DNA of 64,000 nucleotides, taken from NCBI GenBank assembly GCA_951406725.2, contig OX597817.1, positions 148,428,001 to 148,492,000 on the forward strand, read 5' to 3'. A program made the position numbers and the translations under genes. The notes below the pieces were generated by a model that did no database searches, was not told the DNA's origin, and saw nothing but the letters and a program-made list of their open reading frames with translations. Shown one piece after another: positions 1 through 12,619 of the stretch. Numbering within the stretch: the stretch's first letter is position 1; each line of letters opens with the position of its first letter. This DNA comes from Octopus vulgaris. Its lineage: Eukaryota.

Positions 1-175
1 GGGCTGATGAAGTCGTAACAATTCTCCGACAACCACTTTTGACCTTTTTCCGGAGGTATGGCAACAAGGCGAATCCTGCCGTCAGGTGTAGCAACAACTC
101 GATCCAGCCAGGGATAGACCATATTTTCCAAAAGTTTCGCATAATCATCCGAATTATGCCTAAGGACTTGTTCAG
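1..175 (-). pseudogene. Tc1/mariner (DD37D/maT-like) transposase remnant, cut by the window edge
   Basis: Minus-strand translation HNSDDYAKLLENMVYPWLDRVVA, then (frameshift) QDSPCCHTSGK, then QKWLSENCYDFISP. This resembles the second-D region (QQDSAPCHTS) of DD37D transposases. Confidence 0.65.
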
Positions 176-814
176 TTTCAGGGATAAATTCCGGCATTCG
201 GAGACATTTAGAACGACAATTGTGATACTTCTTCTGGCCACAGCTTCGTGTTTGCCGCTTAGCGTGTTCACGTAGCGTCATCCTGTTTCTACAATGTTCA
301 CAGAGCATTGCGCAGCATCATGGTGTTAAAATTTAATTAGCCAGCGTCAATCATCCCGATACAAGTAACTCTTTTCCAATATTTAAATATATTTCTGTCC
401 TTCATGTCAATTCACTTTACTTTTTCTCAACCACAACTAGGCATGATAGCAACTCTACCAGCTTGTTGCCTTCTTCGTAGTATCAACAATGATATGCCAT
501 ACTATTTCGAAGTATGAAAACTCGTTAAACAAAACATATTGACGTGAAATAAGTAGCAACAACAAATTTGATCGCCTCAACAAAACCGACTAATTGTTCT
601 ATTCATAATCTTCAAAATTTTATAGACTCCTAAGCGGTCTTGATTCATGGTTGCTTAGCTACGTTTATATCACTTGATAGCCTAATGAGTGAAATTTATT
701 ATCTACTTTATTATATTAATAGAAAGTTCTCATCAGCTTATAAATAAAGTTAATTGCCGATTGAATTTTGAATATTTTCTTTCGTTTAATTCATGTATAC
801 ACACATATATATAC

Positions 815-1120
<306 letters not shown>

Positions 1121-1644
1121 ATACTTATTGACTTAAATTATTTGATTTATTTCTATTGGACCATATTATTAATAAATTAAATTTTGCTCTATTTTTATCT
1201 CCATTTCTTAGTCTATTTTTTATCCCATTACAAATATTAGTTAGTTAAATCTCTTAATTTCTTTTACACTTTAAAAATTAATTCTGCTAATCCCAGACCT
1301 ATCGTAGTGTATTGTGATGTGATATAATATATCAAAATAATATAATATAATATAGTGTAGTGTATTATAGTTTAGTATAATAATAATATAATTGTTTAAT
1401 TTCATTTAAAAACAACCCCATTTTTCTTTCCTTTCTAATGACCTCTTTGTAACCTGACAATCTATTAATAGTAACATTTATAAATAAAGAAATAAATTGT
1501 TGACCTCAGTTCGAATTTTGTTCTAAACAAACTTAGACTTTTTTGTTAGTATCAAATTCTGCCCATCCCCTTAGCTTCCCCTTTCCTTTCTCTTTGACAG
1601 CTTAAATAGCAGTAACTGATTAAATTCCTACCCCCTTCCTCCTC

Positions 1645-2102
1645 TTTCTGTGATTCTTGAAAATTTCATTAACAACCTGAACCACTACAATATAAGACTG
1701 TCATTTTGCTTCTCATTCGGATTCCCTGATATTCTCGCATGATTGTACCCTAAATCTCTCCACAAAACTGGATTATGAACTATAAGGACATACACAAATT
1801 TTGTAAGTTCAAGACTTTTTCATCGGATCTCCAAAAATCGAACTTATCTGCGATTCTTGTAAATTTCAATAACAATCTGTTCCTCTACACGATATGACAG
1901 TCACTATGTTTTTACTCAGACTTTCCTCTACATGATATGGCAGTCACTTTGCCTCTTACTCGGATTTTCAGAAATTTTGCATGACTGTATCCGAAAATTT
2001 CTTCATACAACTTGATCAAATATTCAATATGAGCTATATGTAGACATGCATAAATTCTATAGGTTTAAAACCTTTCATCGGATCTCCATGAATCGAACTT
2101 TC
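1645..2102. repeat. diverged tandem duplication (units of about 200 and 255 bp)
   Basis: Unit start tctgYgattcttgWaaatttcaWtaacaaYctg at about 1647 and 1846; unit end catcggatctccaWRaatcgaactt at about 1821 and 2076. Confidence 0.7.
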
Positions 2103-2172
2103 TTCAATGCAGTTAATCTTACAACCTCTTTTGTATCTACCCCTTTTGATGTTTGGGAATTCTCTGATATTT

Positions 2173-2260
2173 TTTCGACTGACGAGTACGAGCCATCTGT
2201 ATTCACTGCATTTTTTGTAGCTTATTAAAGATGTCCTCGTACGAAACGATCGTACCGAGA
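2173..2260 (+). ncRNA. type I hammerhead ribozyme motif with minimal palindromic stem III
   Basis: CTGACGA at 2179-2185; stem II GTACGAG/CTCGTAC; GAAA at 2243; stem III ACGATCGT; GUA triplet; stem I TTTCG/CGAGA with one mismatch next to the core. Confidence 0.7.
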
Positions 2261-3107
2261 TTTTAATCCATTCTTGTTGCTTTTTTCCTATTTGTAATCA
2301 CCCCACTTGTCGTATGGTTAACACCATATAGATATCCGGTGCATCCTAGTTAAGGACCATATTCATGTGAATTCTTTAGAATTCACTAGAATCTCAATTA
2401 CTTAACCGTATATATATATATATATATATATATATGCAGCACGCAGCATTTCGAAACCACGTACAACACAACAGTCTGTGTCCAATAATTCAGAAGCCCG
2501 CGTAGGCGAGCTCAGCAAACCGACTTGCTTAGAAGAAGCAGTTGTCAAAGAAGTAAGATCGATTGAAAATAACAAACAAAAACATAACCAAAATACAAGA
2601 ACTTGAATTAAGAGGCCAATAAGACTTATGGAATAAATAAACAGATCTTTAGAGAGTTTTTACAGAGTTCTTTCATTTACCTCTAAAATGTGTAAATGTC
2701 TTGTGGTGAGTTCTTTTTCTTTGTTCACCAGTCTAATGGGTTACTTTCTATCTTCTTTTAATGGTTTGCTTTTTCGGCTGGACTCTTGTTACTTCCGAAT
2801 TCACGGTAACACTCCGCCTTTTTTACATTGCTAAGTTCACTATTTTCGTAGACAGTTCAGAACCTTTCAACGTTCACATTAACCGCCGAAGCTAACTTCA
2901 CACTTGTTACCAAATACTGTGTCAAATTTTCCATACGATTTTTACCCGGCACCATCTCACTCAACGACCGTAACAGTAACACAAGCATTAATCTTGCAAT
3001 TCACCTCTTCATTATTCCGAAATATATAGAATGACCGATAATATCCGTTTGTACCTCTATTTCTTCCTCTTCTCTACTCTATACCGTATGTATAATTATA
3101 TATATAT

Positions 3108-3295
3108 ATTTGTCCTTACCTTCGAAAACGCGGAGTAGATGAAACAGGGACAACCGAAGAAGGGAAATATTCCTTATGTTGCATATCATGTACTCTGTTT
3201 TTTTTTCGTAGTTTGAAAAAAAGTTCGTTTCTATGTTTTTGTTTCAATGTTTTCGTTTCTTATTGTGTTCAACATTTTTTGACGTCCTGTACCTA
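3108..3295 (+). mobile_element. short dispersed repeat (family also at 13957-14180 and 31230-31470)
   Basis: Shared cgcggagtagatgaa..caactgaagaagggga and aaaaaagttcgtttctatgtt motifs. Confidence 0.7.
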
Positions 3296-3570
3296 TATAT
3301 GCATGTATATGTGTGTGCGCATGCATACACACACACACACAGACATATATATATTATTTATATTATATATATAAATATATATATGGTAAGATATATAGAT
3401 AGATAGATACATGCATAAATATGCACATGTATACATGTATTTACTGATATACGTATATATATGTACATATGTAAATATATATGTATATATATACATATAT
3501 ATATATACACACATACACACACATATATATATATACATGTATATGCATATACATAGGTATATATACATAC

Positions 3571-3621
<51 letters not shown>

Positions 3622-6505
3622 CAGGTTTAATACTCCATTTTGCTTTATTGCGATTACTACCGTCTATGAGATACTGCTATAAAATTACAATTACAATGAG
3701 ACATGAAGCTCCACAATTGTTTCTTGAAGTTTGACTTTGTTGTGGTGTAATTCTTCTCATGGCATAAATCAACTTTATTTTTGCCCTACATGCAACGTCT
3801 AATCCACCATGCTATTTTCTAAATTGGAAACTATTCTACGAATAGAAATATTTGTTTGAAAGTTATAAATTTTGTACTAAAAGTGTTTGGGGAAAGTTTC
3901 TTTTGCTACTACTGATCTTAAAGAAAGCTACTGTAAACAACATTCAAATTATTTGGTGAAATACACGCTCGGTGAACATGTGAGAAATAACCATATTGAC
4001 GCGAATTACCTGTTTTTATCTGAAACTTTGTATTGCCCGTAGTAATCTTGAAGGTCAGGAAAAAAGAGGTCACCTGGAATATTTTTAATGATAGATCTGC
4101 TCAGTCAGAACTGACCTAGAGCTAAATAATAACAACACATATCTACTTGACAAATAAGACATACTGTCTTTGAAAATATGAGTCACTCAATAATGACCCA
4201 TTTAGCTCTATTGTTTACACTCTGACGTCCAGCATTCTTTAGCGCAGATTAAAATCTCTCTTGTCTCCATGTTACATATATTTGTCATATTCTTCTCTGT
4301 CACACACTTTCAGGTCTCTATCTCCTAAGAATTTTATTAGAACGCTGCTGCATATTATTATCGTAGAAAGGTTCGATAGTGTTTCGTATAGCAACACTTA
4401 AGCATTAAGACATATTTCTTAGAAGCCATAGACCAATTTTAAGTTGTTTTCAAAGAAATGTTGTTCATAATATTTCTCTATTTTACAGCTTCCATTAATG
4501 GGTGTCCCGATTGTAATTTCTCTCCAGAGTTTTATTTCATTATATTCAATCCTCTAAATTGTAAATGGTATCGTATTTGTTTCCCTTATACTGGTTTGTG
4601 ATTTCAATCTGAAAAGAGCCCATCCCTGCCACACGCGTCCTTCTGTTACGGATTTTAACAATTTATTTCATACAACGATACACGAGAAATAGTACTTCCT
4701 GAATAAACAAGGCGTTTGCTGGAGTGAAATCATCCATCTTGGGACAGAACGGAATATGTGGATAAAAAAAAATTATGTGTATCAGAAAAATTATGGAGAA
4801 AATGGGAGTAAAAATATATGCGCATTTGCTATACCCGTAAAATGTTAAATGCTGTAAAATTACATATTCCTTGCTTATAGTTTAGTCAAAGGTCCATGTT
4901 ATTCCAGGCACTTGAAACAGGTAGGAAGAAAGGAAGATGTTATCGCTACGCCAGAGATTGACCTCAATATTTTCAGCCGAGTGGATGCAACGAAGTACTA
5001 AATCAATCGAATTAAGTTTGTGCATCAATGATATGATTGGTTCTTCTGTCTATCAAGCTTTTCCCATATAACATTAGTCGACTCGAGATTCTAGTAGCAG
5101 ACACATGCACAAGAAGCTGTGTAATAAGACTGTAGCGAATCTTAAAATTACTGGCACGCATGCGTTCTTTAAAATGTTATACACGTCAATGGAATGGAAA
5201 GTTTCAATTTTATCCTTTGTTTGCAAAGTTAAACAGAGCCAATGATGATACGACTCTACAATATACCAATATACTTCTACATTCTTAGAAAATTGGCCGG
5301 CATATTGAAAATATACATCGGGATCTCTAACAAATTGTAGACTCTTGTCCATCAAATTGTATATCTTTTAAAGAGAAAAGGCTATATGCCTGGAAACTTT
5401 CTATCATATATTTGCTTAATTAGAACTCATGTGGAACTAAATATTAAGAACAACATACTTGATACAGAACTACTCGTGCGTCGAGACGTATATTGAACCT
5501 ATTTAAATTCTCCACGATCTTAACTCTGTTTCTATGTTTCCTGTAAATACACATAAGTACGACTTGTATAAAGCTAGGGATCTACTCTAGAATTTGGACC
5601 TGGAGATCTCCATTTCCAGCGACTTCGAGGGCCACTTCCCAGTGGTGTCGGGCGTCAACAAAAAACCCTCGACCAAAGTTTTTTTTTTACAAGGTTTGGG
5701 GTCCCCCGCCCCTAAGCCCTAGATCATCACCTAATCACCCTTACCCGTCTTGTTGCTTAACAACAACAACAGCAGTAGACATTTGCTCAAGAGAAATTTC
5801 GTGAAAACTGTGTTGTTGCTCTCGATAACAACAATTCATTCCATCTCTTATTATATGCAAAATCTGTTGAAACTGATAAATTCCAAAACTACATTTCTAA
5901 GTATTTAAGAACACAAATATAACGCATTTAGCAAAACTAGCTTGTAGTTCACTCAAAAGAAACTCTAGCATGAATATGATTAAAAGTGAGACATCTCTGT
6001 ACTACCAACAGACTATGCAGAAACAAACTGGATCAAAAAGTATGATTGAAGTAAAAAGTCTTCCGACATATCAAAGGCATTCCGAAAATCCGAAAGGTTA
6101 CAGAAACAGTACGCATACTTCAAACAGATTCAGGATCCAAACACAGCTAAAATAGAATAAAGACTCAGAAAACTTCTCTCCTAAAATCATCAGTTGTTCA
6201 ACAGCAATAAATGAAAAAAAGAACCAACCTTTCCTGTCGAAAATCCCACAAACACATACACACAAATACACCCTTACAAACACACGAACAAACACACACA
6301 TAGAAACACACGCACAAGCACAAATCACCAACACACTTAATCTGGAATCAATGTATATAAATTTATACCAATAGCCGACAAAAAAATACGCATTCTAGTA
6401 TTAGCGTCAACAATACAGGCGAAAAAACTGAAAATTAAACAAATTTTTAAAATATCGTTTTTCACTTTTCTGCTTCTTTCATACATGAATACAATGAAAT
6501 TAATA

Positions 6506-6920
6506 ATTCTTTTCTTTTTATTCTTTTACTTGTTTCAGTCATTTGACTGCGGCCATGCTGGAGCACCGCCTTTAGTCTAGCAAATCGACCCCGGGACTTA
6601 TTCTTTGTAAGCCCAGTACTTATTCTATCGGTCTCTTTTGCCGAACCGCTAAGTGACGGGGACGTAAACACACAAACATCGGTTGTCAAGCAATGCTAGG
6701 AGGACGAACACAGACATAGAAACACACACACACATATATATATATATACATATGTACGACAGGCTTCTTTCAGTTTCCGTCTACCAAATCCACTCACAGG
6801 GCATTGGTCGGCCCGGGGCTATAGCAGAAGACACTTGCCCAAGATGCCACGCAGTGGGACTGAACCCGGAACCATGTGGTTGGTTAGCAAGCTACTTACC
6901 ACACAGCCACTCCTGCGCCT
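6506..6920 (-). mobile_element. tRNA-derived SINE family A (octopus-type)
   Basis: Head ggcgcaggagtggctgtgtggtaagtagc..ggttcagtccc, internal (CA/TA)n, tail gactgaaacaagtaaaag; more than 10 copies in the window. Confidence 0.9.
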
Positions 6921-7048
6921 GGCATATGACACATAAATGTTTATAATTATGCGTCACAACATAACACTTAAAAAAGAATTTAATAGGCGCAGGCGTGGCT
7001 GTGTGGCTAAAAAAGCTCCATTACAAACACGAAGTTTAGCATATTACT

Positions 7049-7184
7049 TACATTATTTACATTTGACGGATATTTGTCCTCGTTTTGCTTGTTGCTAATG
7101 TTTCAGCTGATATACACCCCAGCCTTCTTCAGGTGTCTTGGGGAAATTTCGAACCTGGGTTCTCATTCCTAAGGTATTTTTTTA

Positions 7185-7216
<32 letters not shown>

Positions 7217-7296
7217 GTCTTCTGGTCACTGCTTGGAATAGAACTCGGAATCTTGGTGTTAGTAACCCGCGCTCTTGACCACTACGCCATATGCCC
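7049..7296 (-). mobile_element. tRNA-headed, (TAA)n-containing, hammerhead-motif element (family H), uninterrupted copy
   Basis: Minus strand: gggcatatggcgtagtggtcaagagc..gagttctattcc head, short (TAA)n, then gacac-CTGAAGA-aggctg..cagct-GAAAC and a tail. Confidence 0.75.
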
Positions 7297-7460
7297 AGGT
7301 TCGAAATTTACCCAAGACACCATGTGAAGGCTGGAGGGTATATCAGCCGAAACGTTGTGTTAACTACAAACAAGATGAGGACAAATATCCGTCAAATGTA
7401 AATAATGTAAATAATATAAATAATTTACATAATTCCTCATCTCTTAAATATGGAACTGTA
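7294..7460 (+). mobile_element. inverted headless copy of family H joined to the 5' end of the previous copy
   Basis: cccaggttcgaaattt..gacac catgtga aggctg..cagcc gaaac gtt gtgtt..gaactgta is the reverse complement of 7049-7160. Confidence 0.8.
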
Positions 7461-7924
7461 CAAGGCTTAGTGTTCGTTGCCGCTACACGGCACCTTAGGC
7501 GAGTGTTTTCCGCTATAACCCCGGGCCAACCAAAGCCTGGTTTGAATTTGAAAGACAAAAACATTGGGAAAGCCCGTTGTATTTGTGCGTGTGTGTGCGC
7601 GTGCGTATGTCCATGTGTGTGTATATCTACACATACACACACACACACACACAAACACGTATATATCTACTTCAATGATGTCTTTATTTCGGTCCTTCCC
7701 ATGGTTTGTTTTGATTCTTTGTTCATATTTATTCCTTATCATGTGTTTGGAGTCCTCGGAAGCATTGAAAGGTAAATGTCGAACAACTATAATGAGTACT
7801 CAATACCGCATTTGTGGATAACATTCTTTGTATGTTAAGGCTACCATTGGTTTCATAATAAAAATATCTTAATACCTTAATAATATGATCGGCTTCAAAC
7901 ATTGTTAAGATATTACTCATGTTA

Positions 7925-8136
7925 CTCTTTTATTTGTTATTTATTTAACAGCGGCCATGCAGGAGCACCGCCTTTAGTGGAAGAAATCAACCCCAGGACT
8001 TATTCTTTGTAAGCCTAGCACTTCTATCGCTTTCTTTCGCAGAAGTTACGGGGACTTAACAGGTCAACATCGATTAGGGGCGGGGAAACACAGACACAGA
8101 CACACATATATACACTTATATATATACATATATACA

Positions 8137-8188
<52 letters not shown>

Positions 8189-8345
8189 ACTGGCTTCTTT
8201 CAGATTCCGTCTACCAAATCTACTCACAAGGCTTTGGTCGGTCTACGGCTATAGTAAAAGATACTTGCCCAAGATGCAATGTAGTGGGACTGAACCCGGA
8301 ACTATGTGGTTGGTAAGCAATCTATTTACCACTGAGCCACTCCTG
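7925..8345 (-). mobile_element. SINE family A, diverged
   Basis: Same head, body and tail motifs as 6506-6920. Confidence 0.85.
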
Positions 8346-8830
8346 AGACTACATGCGCGCGCTTGTGTGTGTGTGTGTGTGTGCATGTATATATGTATAT
8401 ATATATATATTTGAAAAAATGAGTAGAAATGGCCTTTTTGAGTGGTGGAAGGTGGGGAGGGTAATTTTATTTTAATCATAATGATAATGCTTCCTGTGAG
8501 CTACTATGATATGGACTCTCGAGCTTCAAGCAGACGTTTTGAAACTGGAAAATGTATGATGTACTCTGTGTGCGTAAGTGTGTGAGTGTATGTTTGTGAG
8601 TGTGTGTGTGTGTGTCTGTGTGTGTGTGTGCAGAGAGAGAGAGAGAGGGATAGAGAGAGAAAGAGAGAATCGAACAGTCCGGGAGTCAAAAAAGAACGGA
8701 GAGAGAATATTAGCCTTAATACACAAATAAGGAAACGTTATCCAATGAGGTATTGAACACACTTATTCATTGTGCGATATTTACGGATATATATAGACAT
8801 GTATATATATATATATATAATTTCAACAAT

Positions 8831-8896
8831 TGAGTAAACACTATCTGAGTAAACACTATTCTGAGTAAACACTATTCTGAGTAAACACTATCTGAG
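8831..8896. repeat. minisatellite, 4 x 15-16 bp (tgagtaaacactat(t)c)
   Basis: Seen directly. Confidence 0.9.
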
Positions 8897-9606
8897 AGAA
8901 ATTTTCTTTAAGTATTAGAAATAGCTAAAAAACTTTTTGGGCTGCTATTTCTAATGAGTTCAGTATGTGGCAAAGTAATTTATTTTACTAAGCCCTTTTA
9001 TATTAATGTAATATTTTGTATATATATATATATATATATATATATAAGCACAAAGAAAGACAGTGAGAGGGAGAGAGAGGGGGGAAAGAGAACAGACTGG
9101 AGAGAAAAAGACGCTTCATGACACGTTTTTTTTTGGGGGGGGTTTACATACAAATGCAGCGAACTGCAAAAGGCTACAACCTACACGGAACAACCTCCGA
9201 AAGGAGATGCCAAGAAAATCACTGGATGTGCAGATATAAACAGAGGCAGTACAAAACATAAGGCGTTCAACTCTGAATATGATACCCCATCATGATCTTG
9301 ATTGCCATGGCTAAAAGGAACAAACAACGTAGATACATACATACACATACACACATATATATACATACATGTACATGTGTATATATATGTGTGTGTTTGT
9401 GTATATATGTAAATATATGTATGTGTATATATATTCATATGTATGTTTATGTATGTATATATATTAAATACATATGTATACATATGTATACATACTATAT
9501 ATATATATATATATATGTGTATGTCTCTATGTATGTATGTATGTAGGTGTATATATATATATTTATATATATATATGTATGTAGGTATCTATATATATAT
9601 ATACAA

Positions 9607-9663
<57 letters not shown>

Positions 9664-10371
9664 TGTGTGTGTATGTGTGAGTGTTCGGTGTATAGGTGTA
9701 TCGTGCAATCGCTTGCATTTGTATATCGTACATATGTACGTGAGATTGTATGCGCGTAAGTATGTGAATAGAGACGGAAATGCATTATGCATTTGTATGT
9801 ATTTAAAGAGTGTTTAGAAAACGCATAGTCTGATGTTGATTGACATGTGTAGTTGTATCGCAGTTATTATTTTCATTCTTTTTTTTTTTTTTTGTCAGGT
9901 TCTATATACATAAATTTATTTGTTTGTGCGTGTAGTCTCGTGATTGTGTGTCTGAATTGTGTTGCATGTACGGCTACGGTCGTGTGCGCTCAGACGCACA
10001 CGTATTTGTGGCTTTGTTTATATGGTTATTCAGTTGGTAAAATAAGGCAGCTGTAGGAAAAATTATTTACTGTGCATTTATGTGTTTTATGATAAAAAGG
10101 AAAGGAAAAAAAATGGCGGATGTCAGCGAAGATGAAACAAATCAAACGTTCTGAAAAGGATGCAGATTCTGTCAGTGAAAATACGATGCAGTATTATTCC
10201 TTTATGAATGGATGATTATGTTTGCCTGAATTATGTTTATAACAAGAAAGCAATTCAGCATTTATTTTCTCTCAATTCTATTTGCTCAAATCTTACGTTC
10301 AATTTTCTCTATTTCTTTCTCTCTCTGTCTCGTACTTTCCCTCATGCATCTCCCTAGCTTTATTTCACCTC

Positions 10372-10429
<58 letters not shown>

Positions 10430-10454
10430 CTGTCTATCTATATGTATGTTTGTA

Positions 10455-10485
<31 letters not shown>

Positions 10486-11172
10486 ATATATAGATTCGTG
10501 CACATAGTTATATATAGTTACAGATATAAGTATGCATGTATGCATGTATATGTACAATTATATTTATCTATACATATATATCTTTACATACATATTGATA
10601 TATATATACATGCATATCATATATACATGTACATATTTTTATATATTTTGTATATAAATATATTTACACGTGTAATATATATATATTCACACATAAAAAA
10701 GATACATGCATATATAAAATATATATATAAATATATGCATACCTACAGACTTCAATACATACATACATTTTTATGCTTATCCAATCGCTACATCTGGATA
10801 ATGGCACATTCTATTAATGGCTTACCCATAAAGACATTCTCTCGTATATACATAAACACGCGTCCAAACGCACGCTCATACACATCGCAGACATAAATTT
10901 ATATATACCAGCTAACACCTGAGTTTCTAAATAATCATTCTATTTACAAGTAATACTAATCAAATCTACCTGAAATAAGGTTGTACTATCTTATATAAAC
11001 GATCCGCGTGAGGCCGTCCATGATATCCTCTTCCTGATAAATGACAGAAATTCCACAATAGATGCGCATATATATAAATGCATATACATTAACATATATT
11101 CATATCTTATATATATACATGATATAAATAAATAAATATATATCTATCTATATATATATTTACATATATTTG

Positions 11173-11203
<31 letters not shown>

Positions 11204-11391
11204 ATGTATATATATATATATATATAAACATAGGAGCAGATGTGGTGAAGAACTATCCAACTGTCTTAACCCAGATGTCGTTATAAAATAGTTGATATGT
11301 CTAATATAATTAGCGTATGAGTTAGAGTTCTAGAAGACATTAACAATTGGCAGTTGCTTAGAACACTGGTGTGTGTGTGCGCGCGTCTATG

Positions 11392-11446
<55 letters not shown>

Positions 11447-11451
<5 letters not shown>

Positions 11452-12013
11452 AAGGGACATTAGCCATTTGAATGTGGCTAGGGACAGGGCAGAGCAGTGG
11501 GGGTGTTACTGATGCATTTAGCCCCAGGCGATCATCAACGTCACCAGATAGGCTGACACCATCACGGTGTCCTCTATCCTGCAAAGGGAGATCATTCCCC
11601 GAAGAAGCGGATGCCACATACGGACCCAGGTTTCAAGGTATTTGCCTATCGTCAACGTATGGCAGGCACCGCTCCTCGACGAACAACTTCCTGTGCAGGA
11701 TATTTATATATAGATTTTCACGTAAATACATTTACTGATTTCGAAAATCTGTTCGACAGCAATAATAATACTCTAAACGAGATATAGACAGTAACTGCTC
11801 CATAACATAAGGGATATTAGCCATTTGAATGTGGCTAGGGACAGGGCAGGGCGGTGGGGGTGTTACTGATGCATTTAGCCCCAGGCGATCATCAACGTCA
11901 CCAGATAGGCTGACACCATCACGGTGCCCTGTCCCTAGCCACATTCAAATGGCTAATGTCCCTTATGTTATGGAGCAGTTACTGTCTATATCTCGTTTAG
12001 AGTATTATTATTG

Positions 12014-12015
<2 letters not shown>
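11447..12015 (-). mobile_element. retrozyme/Penelope pLTR-like non-coding element: 357 bp unit, 123 bp direct repeat, 90 bp inverted tail, hammerhead motif
   Basis: 11447-11569 matches 11804-11926; 11926-12015 is the reverse complement of 11758-11847; flanked by (TA)n on both sides. Confidence 0.7.
11617..11661 (-). ncRNA. type I hammerhead ribozyme motif
   Basis: Minus strand CATACG-TTGACGA-T-AGG caaata CCT-T-GAAA-CCTGGG-TC-CGTATG: perfect 6 bp stem I, GUC site, U in place of C3. Confidence 0.6.
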
Positions 12016-12067
<52 letters not shown>

Positions 12068-12553
12068 TATATATAAGATATAAAAACCCTGAAAATGCAC
12101 AGACACTGTATGATGAAAAAGATATGTTACATATATTTATGAAACAAAATATCTAAATAGTCGACCGATTTCGCTCAGGCTAATCAAGACTATGTAGAAT
12201 GTGATGATGTTAAAATTTCAGGCTCTCTAATACGTTTTTATTCTATGTTAGTAGGAGGAGGGATATTTTACATTCACAAAATATTCTACCTCGTGCTAAC
12301 ATGGAATGGAAACTCATTATTATAGCATGAAATTATGAAATTTTCACAAACTACTTTGTCATGATTAACATAAATGATACCAGTCGACTTTGTAAATACC
12401 ACATTTCCTAAGAAAAATATATTCCTATATATATATATATATATATATAAAGAGATAGAGAGTGAGAGAGAGAAAAAGATAGATAGATAGATATGTATGT
12501 ATGTATGTACTTATGTATATATGTATGTATGTATGGGTATGTGCGTTTATATC

Positions 12554-12619
<66 letters not shown>

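Noticed and set aside
8831-8896. CRISPR-like repeat array
   Set aside because: Contiguous units without spacers, in eukaryotic DNA; it is a minisatellite.
10111-10153. aaaatggcgg start-codon/YY1-like motif
   Set aside because: The frame closes after 13 codons and there is no other promoter or exon evidence.
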